A DNA stretch of 64,000 nt, taken from the NCBI GenBank assembly GCA_903862425.1, contig CAIOYC010000027.1:1-64000 (forward strand), in the 5' to 3' direction. Source of the DNA: an uncultured Caulobacterales bacterium (lineage in GTDB: Bacteria; Pseudomonadota; Alphaproteobacteria; Caulobacterales; Caulobacteraceae). A program made the translations under genes and the position numbers. Shown one piece after another: positions 35,424 to 45,800 of this stretch (the first letter of the stretch is position 1; the number at the start of each line of letters is the position of its first letter). The notes under the pieces are model-generated. The model was not told the origin of the DNA, did no database searches, and worked only from the letters and a program-made list of their open reading frames with translations.

Positions 35424-36632
35424 GTGGATGATTTGCCCAGCCAGTGGATTTCCGCCGAAGAGGCCCAGGCGCGCCTGGGGGTCAAGCTGCAGACTCTTTA
35501 CGCCTATACCTCCCGCGGTCTGATCGCGAACCGGGACGACGCCCACGATCCGCGCCGGAGCCTTTATTCCGCCGACGACATCGCCCGCCTGACCCAGCGC
35601 AAAACACAAGGACGACGCGCGAGCCTGGCCCAGGAAACCCTGAGCTGGGGCGAGCCGGTGCTGGCCAGCGCCCTCACCACCATTACCGGCGGCAGGCTAT
35701 ATTATCGCGGCAAGGACGCCGCCGAACTCTCCGCCAAAGCGACGCTCGAAGATGTCGCCCGCCTGTTGTGGGACTGCGACGAGGACCCCTTCGCCGGCCT
35801 CTCCGCCCACCCGCCTGCGGTATCGGGGCCTGACAGCCGTTCGCGCGCCTTCGCTGTCCTGGCCCACCGCGCCGCCAACGACGCCTCCATCGCCGGACGC
35901 TCGGAAAAGACGCTGCGGCGGGAGGCCGCCTCGGTGCTGTCGGACCTGGTGGATGCGGTCTGCGCCGCTTCGCGCTCCGGGCCGATGCACGAGCGGCTGG
36001 CGCGGGTCTGGCGGGTGGAGGGCGCGCGCGTGGACGCCATTCGCCGCGCCCTGGTGCTGACCGCCGACCACGAGCTCAACGCCTCCACCTTCGCCGCGCG
36101 CGTGGCGGCTTCGACCGGAGCACCGCTGGCGGCGTCGGCCCTGGCGGGGCTGGCGGCGCTTTCGGGGCCTCTGCACGGCGGCATGACGGTGCAGGTCAAC
36201 GCCTTCATCGCCGAGGTGCGCCGCGCTTCGGATCCCAAGGCGGCGGCGACCCAGCGGCTGGCCCAGGGGCTCGACGTGCCGGGCTTCGGCCATCCGCTAT
36301 ATCCGCATGGCGACCCGCGCGCCCAGGCCATCCACGCCGCCTGCCGCTATTCCGACGAGCTGTACGCCATCGGTCAGGCGGGAGAGACGGTGACGGGCTC
36401 GCCCCCCAACCTCGACTTCGCCCTCGTGGCCATGTGCCGAACCTTCGGCCTGCCCACCGATGCGCCCTTCACGCTGTTCACCGTCGGGCGCACGGTCGGC
36501 TGGCTGGCCCATGCGCTGGAGCAGCGGGGCTCGGCCGGGGGCATCATCCGCCCCCGCGCCCGCTATGTGGGACCGCCGCCGGAGAGCGCCGTCAGCGCGG
36601 CGGGCGGGCGGGAGGCAATTCCCGCACAGTGA
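35424..36632 (+). CDS. Helix-turn-helix (MerR/excisionase-like) domain fused to citrate-synthase-family domain
   Basis: N-terminal HTH (ISAEEAQARLGVKLQTLYAYTSRGLI). C-terminal citrate-synthase fold retaining catalytic His/His/Asp positions (LHGGMT, GFGHPLY, LDFALV). GTG start as per ORF track; TTG at 35433 with GGAGGT RBS is an alternative. Confidence 0.7.
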   Translation: MDDLPSQWISAEEAQARLGVKLQTLYAYTSRGLIANRDDAHDPRRSLYSADDIARLTQRKTQGRRASLAQETLSWGEPVLASALTTITGGRLYYRGKDAAELSAKATLEDVARLLWDCDEDPFAGLSAHPPAVSGPDSRSRAFAVLAHRAANDASIAGRSEKTLRREAASVLSDLVDAVCAASRSGPMHERLARVWRVEGARVDAIRRALVLTADHELNASTFAARVAASTGAPLAASALAGLAALSGPLHGGMTVQVNAFIAEVRRASDPKAAATQRLAQGLDVPGFGHPLYPHGDPRAQAIHAACRYSDELYAIGQAGETVTGSPPNLDFALVAMCRTFGLPTDAPFTLFTVGRTVGWLAHALEQRGSAGGIIRPRARYVGPPPESAVSAAGGREAIPAQ

Positions 36633-37641
36633 TCGTGTGCGCCGGCGGTGCGGCGGCGGGCGCCGTGGGCTGGCGCGAGAGCCAGGCGCGCAGGTCCGCC
36701 GCCGACTTGTCGGGGATCTGCTCCATCGGCACGTGACCGACGCCGGGATAGACGATCAACGTCGCGCCGTGGATGGCGTCGGCGAAGCGCTTGCTGTCCG
36801 CGCCGGGGATCACCCGGTCGTCCGCGCCGACCATGACCAGGGTGGGCGTGTCGATCACCGACAGGCGTTCGGGGGTTGCGACGTCGGCACTTCCTTTGCC
36901 CCGACGGCTGACCAGGATGTCGCGATGGCCGGGCGCGCGCGAAAAGTCGCTGTAGCGCTTCACCAGGGCGGGCGTGGCCAGCGACTTGTCGATCAGCGCC
37001 GCCTCCAGCCCCTGTTTCACCAGCGCCGAGTTGTCGAGGTTCTTGATGATGCCGCGCGCCACGGGATTGGCCAGTAGGGTGAACATGAGCGCGCCCTGCT
37101 TCTGCGCCTTTCCACCTGGAGCTGGGGCCGGCGGCCAACCGGCGGCGTCCACCAGCACAAGGCCGGTCAGCCGCTCCGGATGGGCCAGGGCGTAGCGCCA
37201 GGCCACGCCGCCGCCCATGGAGTTGCCGGCGATGACGAAGCGGGGCAGCTTCAACGCCGCCGCCATCGCCTCCACCGTCGCCACCTGACTGTCGGGGCCG
37301 CCCTGATAGCCCTTGGGCGCGCGGGTCAGGCCGTGGCCGGGCAGGTCGGGGGCGATGATACGATAGGTGTCGCCGAGCCGTTTGGCCCAGTCGTCCCAAT
37401 TCGCCGCCGACGCGCCGAAGCCGTGGACCAGCACTAGCACCGGCCCATCCGCCCTGCCCTCGTCCCGATAGTGCAGATGCACCCCGTCCGGCAGGTCCAG
37501 ATAGCGGGAGGTGGGCGCCGCATAGCGTTGTTCGAGCGTGGCGTAGGGGATGTCTCCCCGCCACAGCACCGCCAGGGCGATCAACACCAGCGCCACGAGG
37601 GCGACCAGCGCGCCGCCGACGATCTTGAGAACCCGCGTCAT
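36592..37641 (-). CDS. Alpha/beta-fold hydrolase with N-terminal membrane anchor
   Basis: N-terminal TM (IVGGALVALVALVLIALAVL). Nucleophile elbow GNSMGG. HG oxyanion motif LVLVHGFG. Start re-set to ATG 37641. Confidence 0.75.
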   Translation of the reverse strand: MTRVLKIVGGALVALVALVLIALAVLWRGDIPYATLEQRYAAPTSRYLDLPDGVHLHYRDEGRADGPVLVLVHGFGASAANWDDWAKRLGDTYRIIAPDLPGHGLTRAPKGYQGGPDSQVATVEAMAAALKLPRFVIAGNSMGGGVAWRYALAHPERLTGLVLVDAAGWPPAPAPGGKAQKQGALMFTLLANPVARGIIKNLDNSALVKQGLEAALIDKSLATPALVKRYSDFSRAPGHRDILVSRRGKGSADVATPERLSVIDTPTLVMVGADDRVIPGADSKRFADAIHGATLIVYPGVGHVPMEQIPDKSAADLRAWLSRQPTAPAAAPPAHTITVRELPPARPPR

Positions 37642-37744
37642 TCCACTCCCCATCCAGGCGTCTGCGCGCCCTGTCGATGTCGTCGCCCACCCTGGCGAAG
37701 GCGCGACCCTGTGCGCTTTCCCGCCGTCGGACAAGCCCCACAGT

Positions 37745-38494
37745 CTAGGTCGGCGATCCACAGGATGGGCACCCCGGATCGGCGCCAACCTTCACCGTGC
37801 GGGTCTCGGCGGACAGGGCGTCGTAGATCAGCAGGCGTCCGGTGAGGGGCTCGCCCGCCCCCGCGATCAGCTTGATCGCCTCGAGCGCCATCATCGAGCC
37901 GATCACGCCGCCCAGCGCGCCCACCACGCCGACGGTGGCGCAGGTGTCCGCATCGGCGGGCAGGTCGGGTACCAGGCAGCGATAGCAGGGCCGTCTAGAG
38001 AACACGCCCACCTGCCCCGTCCACCGTCCGAGCGCGCCGGAGACCAGCGGTATGCCCGCCGCCGTGCAGGCGTCGCTGACGGCGAAGCGGGTGGCGAAAT
38101 CGTCGGTCCCGTCGAGCACCAGCTGATAGCCGGCCACCACCTCGGCGGCGTTCTCGGCGGTCACCGCCACCGCGTGGCTCTCGATCTGGATGTGCGGATT
38201 GAGTTCGCCCAGCCGCTCGCGCCCGGCGTCCACCTTCAGGGCGCCCACATCGGCGGTGGTAAACAGGATCTGTCGCTGCAGGTTGGAGGCCGCCACCGTG
38301 TCCGGGTCGATCAGCCCGATCACCCCCACACCCGCCGCTGCCAGATAGAGCGCCGCCGGCGAGCCCAGCCCGCCCGCGCCCACCACCAGCACCCGCGCCG
38401 CCTTCAGCTTCTGCTGCCCCGGCCCCCCGACCTCACGCAACACCAGATGCCGCGCATAGCGTTCGACCTCGTCGGCGGAGAAGGGCTGGGTCAT
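37745..38494 (-). CDS. MoeB/ThiF-family adenylyltransferase (molybdopterin/sulfur-carrier E1-like)
   Basis: Nucleotide-binding GxGxxG (VLVVGAGGLGSPAALYL). C-terminal CxxC (CPSCGSP). Confidence 0.8.
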   Translation of the reverse strand: MTQPFSADEVERYARHLVLREVGGPGQQKLKAARVLVVGAGGLGSPAALYLAAAGVGVIGLIDPDTVAASNLQRQILFTTADVGALKVDAGRERLGELNPHIQIESHAVAVTAENAAEVVAGYQLVLDGTDDFATRFAVSDACTAAGIPLVSGALGRWTGQVGVFSRRPCYRCLVPDLPADADTCATVGVVGALGGVIGSMMALEAIKLIAGAGEPLTGRLLIYDALSAETRTVKVGADPGCPSCGSPT

Positions 38495-38541
38495 GGGTGC
38501 ATGGAGCGCTGCCGGGCGATCAGGTCAAGCGTCGCCAAGGT

Positions 38542-39429
38542 TCACGCCGCCCCCCCGCCCCAACGGCGTACCGCTTCGTGGCCGAGCATGGCGACCTTGC
38601 GGTCGAGGCCCCAGTGGTAGCCGGTGAGGCGGCCGTCCTTGGCGATGGCGCGGTGGCAGGGGATCAGGAAACTGATCGGGTTGGCGCCGATGGCGGCGCC
38701 GGCGGCGCGGGCGGCCTCGGGCTTACCGGTCCAGGCGGCGACCTGGCCATAGCTGGCGGTGTGGCCGGCGGGAATGCGCAGGAGCGCCTTCCACACCTGC
38801 ACGTGGAAGGGCGGCCCCATGAGCACCAGCGGCGGAACCTCGCCGTCCTGACCGAAGATGGCGGCGGCGGTGGCGCGGGCCTTGGCGTCGTCACGCCGCC
38901 AGGTGGCGGCGGGCCAGCGGCGGTGCATGTCCTGGAAGGCCTCCTCCTCGCTCCCGTCTGAGGTGAAGGCGAGGCCGCATAGGCCGCGCGGGGTCTCGGC
39001 CACAAGGGCCAGACCGAAGGGGCTCGGGGCGTAGCCGAAGGTGATCTCCACGCCCAGGCCGCGCTTGCGCGCTTCGCCGGGGGTGACGGCCTCCTGCGCC
39101 ACGAACAGGTCGTGCAGCCGCGAGGGGCCGGACAGGCCCACGTCATAGGCGGCGTCGAGCACCGTGGCGCCCGCCTCCAGCCGTCCGTGGGCCTCGGCAT
39201 GGGCGATGGCGGCCATGAAGGTCTTGGGGCTGACCCCGGCCCAGCGGGTGAAGACGCGCTGGAAGTGGGAGGGCGACAGGCCTACGGCGGCCGCGGCCTC
39301 CTCCAACGCAGGGCGATCCTGCCAGCGGGCGGACAACCAGGTCAGGGCGCCCGCCATGCGGTGATAGTCGAGGGCCTGCTCGCCGAGCCGGTCGAGGGTC
39401 GCCTGCGGGGTGTCGAGGAGTGTCAGCAT
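38542..39429 (-). CDS. Ada-like regulator: AraC-type HTH fused to methylated-DNA-protein-cysteine methyltransferase (MGMT) domain; lacks N-Ada zinc domain
   Basis: AraC HTH region (LSPSHFQRVFTRWAGVSPKTF). MGMT active site IPCHRAI. Confidence 0.8.
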   Translation of the reverse strand: MLTLLDTPQATLDRLGEQALDYHRMAGALTWLSARWQDRPALEEAAAAVGLSPSHFQRVFTRWAGVSPKTFMAAIAHAEAHGRLEAGATVLDAAYDVGLSGPSRLHDLFVAQEAVTPGEARKRGLGVEITFGYAPSPFGLALVAETPRGLCGLAFTSDGSEEEAFQDMHRRWPAATWRRDDAKARATAAAIFGQDGEVPPLVLMGPPFHVQVWKALLRIPAGHTASYGQVAAWTGKPEAARAAGAAIGANPISFLIPCHRAIAKDGRLTGYHWGLDRKVAMLGHEAVRRWGGGAA

Positions 39430-39484
39430 GGGGGAAAGATAGGACTGCCGAGAGCCGCCGTCCGCCCGATTCTTGCTGGCCTTC

Positions 39485-41533
39485 CTACACCTTCACCTGG
39501 GCGCCGAGTTCGACCACGCGGCCGGGCGGGATGTGGAAGAAGTCCGTGGGGTTGGCGGCGTTCTTGAGCAGGAAGATGTAGAGCTTGTCCTGCCACAGCG
39601 GCATGCCGCGGTTGGCCGTGGGCACCACAGAGCGGCGCCCCAGGAAGAAGGAGGTCGACATGATGTCGAACTTCAGCCCCTTCTTCTTGCACAGGTTCAG
39701 GGCCTTGGGGACGTTCGGACTCTCCATGAAGCCGTAGGTCAGGACGAGCTTCTTGAAGTCGTCGCCGGCGGCGGTGAACTGCAACCGGTCCTCCGGCGCT
39801 ACACGCGGGGCGTCGGCGGTGCGCACGGTCAGGATCACATTCTTCTCGTGCAGCACCTTGTTGTGCTTGAGGTTATGCATCAGCGCCACCGGGGCCATGT
39901 CCGGGTCCGAGGTCAGGAAGATGGCCGTGCCGGGCACCCGGTGCGGGGCGCGGGCGCGCAGCATCTCGGTGAGGTCGGCCAGGGGGACGGAGTCCCGCCG
40001 GGTCTTCTCGGTCAGGATCTGGCTGCCGCGCACCCAGGTGGACATGATCAGGAACAGCACGCCGCCGATCAGCAGGGGCAGCCAGCCGCCCGAGGCGATC
40101 TTCAGCCCGTTGGCGGCCAGGAACACCAGGTCGAGGATCAGGAGCGGGGTGACCAGCAGGAGCACGGCCCACAGCTTCCAATGCCACATGCGTGTGGCGA
40201 CGATGAAGGCGAGCACGGTGGTAACCACCATGGTGCCGGTCACCGCGAGGCCATAAGCGTTGGTCAGGTTGTCGGCGTTCTGGAACAGCACCACCAGCAC
40301 CAGCACCCCGACCATCAGCATGGTGTTGACCTGGGGAAGGTAGATCTGGCCCGAATGGGTCTCCGATGTCCGGCGCACGTCCATGCGCGGCAGCAGGCCC
40401 AGCAGGATGCCCTGCTGGCTCAGAGAGAAGGCGCCGGTGATCACCGCCTGGCTGGCGATGATGGCGGCGAAGACGGACAGCGCCACGACCGGGATGCGCA
40501 GGAAGGGCGGCGCCATGACGAAGAACCAGTCGAGGTTCTCGAACGGGCGATGGTGCGCCACCATCCAGGCCATGGACTTCAGGACGAACGCGCCCTGGCC
40601 CAGATAGTTGAGCGCCAGGCAGGGCAGGGCGAAGAACAGCCAGGAGGCTTGGATCGGCCACCGTCCGAAATGGCCCATGTCGGCATAGAGGGCCTCGGCG
40701 CCCGTCACCGTCAGGAACACCGAGCCCAGCACCAGAAAGCCTACCAGGCCGTGGCGCAGCATGAACTCCACCGCGTAGTGGGGGCTCAGCGCCAGCAACA
40801 CACCGGGATCGTCGGCGATGTGGATCAGGCCAAGCGCGCCGAGGGTGAGGAACCAGACCACCATCACCGGTCCGAACAGCTTGGCCACGCTGGCGGTGCC
40901 GCGCGCCTGGACGAAGAACAGCCCGACCAGGATGATGAAGGCGCCGATGGTGATCTCGCGCGGGGTCACCAGATGGCGGATTTCCGGAATGTCGTGCAGG
41001 CCCTGAAAGGCGCCGAGCACGGAAATGGCCGGCGTAATCACCGCATCGCCATAGAAGAGCGCGGCGCCGACGACCCCGAGCAGGAAGACCAGACGCGTAC
41101 GCTTGCCGAGCGCCCGTTGGGCGAGGGCCATCAGCGACAGCACCCCGCCTTCGCCGTTGTTGTCCGCGCGCATGACGAACAGCACGTACTTGATGGTCAC
41201 GACGATAATCAGCGCCCAGATGGCCAGGGACACCACGCCGAGCACCGCCGGGCGGGTCATCGGGTCGTGCATGGCCTGGCCGATGGCGGCGTTAAACGCG
41301 TAGAGCGGGCTCGTGCCGATGTCGCCGAACACCACGCCAATGGAGCCGATGGCCATGCCCCAGAAGCCCTTGCGGTGACTGCTGGGCTGGACATGATGCG
41401 TCATCGCCGCTTCGCTCGGCCCATTCACATCGGTCTTTGGCGGCGGCTCTGGGACCACGATCTTGAATTCAGCTTTTGAAGAGGGCTCTGCGTCCTCATC
41501 GGACGGGATCGCGCCATCGGCCTGGACAGCCAT
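39485..41533 (-). CDS. kup: Potassium uptake transporter Kup (KUP/HAK/KT family)
   Basis: KUP signature GVVFGDIGTSPLYAF. ~12 TM. N-terminal 43 aa (acidic/Pro-rich) may be over-extension; alternative ATG at 41404. Confidence 0.85.
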   Translation of the reverse strand: MAVQADGAIPSDEDAEPSSKAEFKIVVPEPPPKTDVNGPSEAAMTHHVQPSSHRKGFWGMAIGSIGVVFGDIGTSPLYAFNAAIGQAMHDPMTRPAVLGVVSLAIWALIIVVTIKYVLFVMRADNNGEGGVLSLMALAQRALGKRTRLVFLLGVVGAALFYGDAVITPAISVLGAFQGLHDIPEIRHLVTPREITIGAFIILVGLFFVQARGTASVAKLFGPVMVVWFLTLGALGLIHIADDPGVLLALSPHYAVEFMLRHGLVGFLVLGSVFLTVTGAEALYADMGHFGRWPIQASWLFFALPCLALNYLGQGAFVLKSMAWMVAHHRPFENLDWFFVMAPPFLRIPVVALSVFAAIIASQAVITGAFSLSQQGILLGLLPRMDVRRTSETHSGQIYLPQVNTMLMVGVLVLVVLFQNADNLTNAYGLAVTGTMVVTTVLAFIVATRMWHWKLWAVLLLVTPLLILDLVFLAANGLKIASGGWLPLLIGGVLFLIMSTWVRGSQILTEKTRRDSVPLADLTEMLRARAPHRVPGTAIFLTSDPDMAPVALMHNLKHNKVLHEKNVILTVRTADAPRVAPEDRLQFTAAGDDFKKLVLTYGFMESPNVPKALNLCKKKGLKFDIMSTSFFLGRRSVVPTANRGMPLWQDKLYIFLLKNAANPTDFFHIPPGRVVELGAQVKV

Positions 41534-41630
41534 TCAGCTCCTCCGGAGGGCGCGCATATGGGCCTCTCCCATGCAAACGCAAGCGCCGCAGGGAGCGTTG
41601 CGGCGGGCGCGATACGCCTATTTCAGACCA

Positions 41631-41688
41631 CATTCAATGATGTCGCCGCCGCAGGGTCTGGTGCAGCGACCCCGTGGCTCATTGAATG
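41631..41688. promoter_or_regulatory. 10-bp perfect inverted repeat CATTCAATGA / TCATTGAATG separated by 38 nt in kup-rrf2 divergent intergenic region
   Basis: Read from sequence. Lies 50-107 nt upstream of the Rrf2 gene start. Confidence 0.35.
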
Positions 41689-41737
41689 ACGCGTTCTTGG
41701 GCTTACTTTCACGGGGAACCGGTGCTTTGCTCACAAC

Positions 41738-42172
41738 ATGTCCGACAGCCAACGTTTTCCCGTCGCCGCCCACGCCCTGGCCTATCTGGCGCACTCCGAC
41801 GCCTTCGGGCCGGAGCGCGCGGTGTCGTCCGGCGCGCTCGCGGCATCCATGCCCACCAACCCGGTGGTAGTGCGCCGCGTGACGGCCATGCTGGCCAAGG
41901 CCGGACTGATCGGCACCCGCGCCGGCGCCTCTGGTGGGGCCTGGCTGATGATGCGGCCTGAAATGATCCCGCTCGACAAGGTGCTGCGCGCGGTGAACGG
42001 CTGCGCTCACTTCGGCTCACCGCCGCCCGGCGCCAAGGGCTGTCCCATCGGGGAGAAAATTCCCGACGCCGTGCGCGGCGCCATCGAGGCGGCGGACCGT
42101 GCGGCGGCTGAGCGGCTGGCCAAGATCACCGTCGCCGACCTCCTCGCCCACGCCACCGCCAAGGCGGCCTGA
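41738..42172 (+). CDS. Rrf2-family transcriptional regulator
   Basis: N-terminal wHTH typical of Rrf2 (AAHALAYLAH...GALAASMPTNPVVVRRVTAMLAKAGLI). Confidence 0.8.
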   Translation: MSDSQRFPVAAHALAYLAHSDAFGPERAVSSGALAASMPTNPVVVRRVTAMLAKAGLIGTRAGASGGAWLMMRPEMIPLDKVLRAVNGCAHFGSPPPGAKGCPIGEKIPDAVRGAIEAADRAAAERLAKITVADLLAHATAKAA

Positions 42173-42270
42173 AGTCCCCACCAGGAATCTTCGCGCCCGA
42201 CCTCTTGAGGTTTTTCAAGGGCCAAATATGTAACCGTCACTCCTGCTGTTGCAGAAAAGAGGTTGCAGCC

Positions 42271-42861
42271 ATGACTACCGTCGCCATCGTCTACCATTCC
42301 GGATACGGCCACACCGCCAAGGTCGCCGATAGCGTCGCCGAGGGCGTGCGCGCCGCGGGCGCGGCCGCCAACCTCTTGCCCATCGAAGGGCTGACCCAGG
42401 ACTTCAACGCGATCATCGACGCGGTGACCGCCGCCGATGCCGTGATCTTCGGTTCGCCGACCTATATGGGCGACGTCTCAGCCCCCTTCAAAGCCTTCGC
42501 CGACGCCTCATCCAAGGCCTTCTTCACCGGCGCCTGGGCCGACAAGCTGGCGGCGGGCTTCACCAATTCGCATTCCTATTCGGGCGATAAGCTGCACGCG
42601 CTGCAGAGCCTGTCGATCCTGGCCGCCCAGCACGGCATGAACTGGATCAACCTCGGCCTCGCCCCGCCGAACGTGACAGCCGCCGAGCGCGGCGAGCACA
42701 CCCTCAACCGGGTAGGCAGTTTCATCGGCCTGATGACCCAGTCGGATAACGCCTCGGCCGACGTCGCCCCGCCCGCCGGCGACCACGCCACCGCCCGCCA
42801 CCTCGGCGAACGCGTCGCCAAGGCCGCCATCCGCTGGGCCAAGGGCGCGCCGGAGGCCTGA
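42271..42861 (+). CDS. Flavodoxin-like fold NAD(P)H-dependent oxidoreductase (WrbA/FMN-reductase-like)
   Basis: MTTVAIVYHSGYGHTAKVA flavodoxin-like start. GAGG RBS 8 nt upstream of ATG 42271. Confidence 0.75.
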   Translation: MTTVAIVYHSGYGHTAKVADSVAEGVRAAGAAANLLPIEGLTQDFNAIIDAVTAADAVIFGSPTYMGDVSAPFKAFADASSKAFFTGAWADKLAAGFTNSHSYSGDKLHALQSLSILAAQHGMNWINLGLAPPNVTAAERGEHTLNRVGSFIGLMTQSDNASADVAPPAGDHATARHLGERVAKAAIRWAKGAPEA

Positions 42862-42872
42862 ACCACGCTCGC

Positions 42873-45800
42873 CTAGGCCGCGCCCGCTTCCTTCAGCGCG
42901 GCGTTGGCGATGGTGAGCTTGGCGAACGACCAGCCGCCGGCGCCCTCGTCGATATCCGACAGGGTGCGGGCGGCGCGGTCCACCAGGGCGCGGCGAGGCT
43001 CGATCCAGGCCTCTACAGCGGCCGCGGCGTCGGCCGGACCCTTGAGGCCGGCGATGGCCTTGGCCCGCTGATACTGCTCGCCCATCAGTTCGACGATCAG
43101 CCCACGCAGCGCCTGCCGCTCATAGGGGTCGGCGGGGCGGATCGCCGCTGCGGCGGCGCGCAGCCGGTCGAAGCCGAAGGTCCCGCCCGTGGCGTGGTAG
43201 AGTTTCGCCGCCGCGAGCGGCTCCAATCCCGACGCCTCCGCCAGATCGGCGACGTTTACCGCCGCCGTCATGGGCCGCAGCGACGCCACCGTGGCCGCCA
43301 GGGCCTCGGGCGCACCGGCCTCCACATATTGACGGGTGCGGGTTTCCGCCGCCGCGCGCTCGAAGGGCGACAGCAGGCCGACGCCTTCAGCCTGCAAGGC
43401 GTCGGCGGTGGGGCGATAGGCGTCGATCAGGCTCTGCACCGTGCAGCCCTGCGCCGAGGCGTGGCGGGCCAGCCAGAAGGTCTGGCCGCGCAGCACGTTG
43501 GCGATCTCCTGATAAAGCTGTGTCTGCACGCCCGCCGGAATCTTCAGATCCAGTGCGCCGACCGCCTTCCAAGCCTCGTCCAGCCGGAACATCTGCCGCG
43601 CCGCCTCGAAGGCCAGCACCAGCGCGGAGGTGTCGCACCCGGCCGCCTGCTTCAGGCGCGTGGCGAAGGTCGCGCCGGTCATGTCGACGATGGTGTTGGC
43701 GATGACGGTGGAGATGATCTCACGCCGCAGCCGGTGGCCCTGCATCTCGGCTTCGAACTTGCCGAGCGGGCTCGGGAAATAGTGCACCAGGGTCTTCTCG
43801 AAATAGGCGTCGTCGGGGGCGGTGGAGTCCACCACCTCGTCGGACAGTTCGAGCTTGGCGTAGGCGGTGAGGACGGCCAGTTCGGGCCGTGTCAGGCCGC
43901 GTCCGGCGGCGGCCAGGTCGGCGATGGCCGCCGCGCGGGGTAGGCCCTCCACCCGCCGATCCAGCCGTCCGCGCGCTTCGAGGTCGAGCATGAAGCGGGC
44001 ATGGGCGTCGAGGTCGCCGGGGGCGCCGGCCTCCTGCAGCGACAGGGTCAGGGTCTGGGCATAGTTGTGCGCCAGGACGTGCTCGCCCACCGCCTCGGTC
44101 ATCTCCACCAGCAGAGGATCGCGGTCGGCAGGCTTCAAGTCGCCCAGCCGCTGGGCCTGGTTGGTCAGGATCTTGATGTTCACCTCGTGGTCGGAGGTGT
44201 CGACCCCGGCGGAGTTGTCGATGGCGTCGGTGTTGATCCGCCCGCCCTTGCCGTCCGGCCCGCCCGTGCGGGCATAGGCGATGCGTCCCGCCTGGGTAAG
44301 GCCAAGGTTGGCGCCCTCGCCCACCACCGCCACGCGCAGGTCGCCGCCGTCGATGCGGATGGCGTCGTTGGCCTTGTCGCCCACGTCGCCATTGCCCTCG
44401 GCGGGCGCCTTCACATAGGTGCCGATGCCGCCGAGATAGAGCAGCTCCACCCTGGCCTTCAGGATGGCGCGCATCACGTCGGTGGGGGCGGCTTCGCCAG
44501 CCGGGATTTCCAGCAGCGCCGCGGCCTCGGCGCTCACCGGCATGGTCTTGGCCGTGCGCGGATAGACGCCGCCGCCCTTGGAGATCAGGCCCTTGTCGTA
44601 GTCCTCCCAGGAAGAGCGCGGCAGGTCGAACATGCGCTTGCGCTCGGCCCAGCTCGCGGCCGGATCGGGATCGGGGTCTAGGAAGATGTGGCGGTGGTCG
44701 AAGGCCGCCAGGAGCTTGGTGGCCTTGGACAGCAGCATGCCGTTGCCGAACACGTCGCCCGACATGTCGCCGACGCCGACGGCGGTGAAGGGTTCGGTCT
44801 GGATGTCCTTGCCGAGTTCGCGGAAGTGGCGTTTGACCGCCTCCCACGCGCCGCGGGCGGTGATGCCCATGACCTTGTGGTCGTAGCCGTGGCTGCCGCC
44901 CGAGGCGAAGGCGTCGCCGAGCCAGAAGCCGTAGTCGTCGGCCACGCCGTTGGCGATGTCGGAGAAGGTGGCCGTGCCCTTGTCGGCGGCGACCACGAGA
45001 TAGGGGTCGTCGCCCTCATGCACGATCACGCCCTCGGGCCGGATCACATTGCCCTGAGCGTCGAGGTTGTCGGTGATGTCGAGCAGGCCGGACAGGAAGG
45101 TCTTGTAGGCCTCCACCGCTTCGGCGCGTATGGCGTCGGCCGATCCACCACGTGGGAGCTGCTTGGGGAAGAAGCCGCCCTTGGCGCCGACGGGCACGAT
45201 CACGGCGTTCTTCACCTGCTGCGCCTTCACCAGGCCCAGCACTTCGGTGCGGAAGTCGTCGCGCCGGTCGGACCAGCGCAGGCCGCCCCGCGCCACCGGG
45301 CCGAAGCGCAGGTGCACGCCCTCCACCCTGGGCGACCAGATGAAGATTTCGCGGAAGGGCTTGGGCGCCGGCAGGTCGTCCAATTCGCGGCTGGCGACCT
45401 TGAAGGAAAGATAGGGCTTGGGTTCGCCGTCAGCACCGGCCTGGTAGTAGTTGGTGCGCTTCATCGCCCGCACCACCAGGGCCAGACGGCGCAGGACGCG
45501 GTCGTAATCGAGGCTTTCCACGCCCTGCAACGCCTCGACGATCTTGGCGAAGGTGGCTTCGGCCTGGATCTGGCGATCCTCGATGGTCGCCTGGATGGCC
45601 GGGTCGAACTTGGTGCGGAAGAGGTCGAGGATCAGGCGCGCGATGCCGGGATAGGCGCCCAGCGCCTGCTCCTGTACCGTCTGGGTCGGATCGAGGCCGG
45701 ACTGCTGGCGATAACGGCCGACGGCGCGCACCAGGGCCGCCTCGCGCCAGGAGACGCCGAGCTCAAGCACCAGCCGGTTGAAGCCGTCGCTCTCGGTGCG

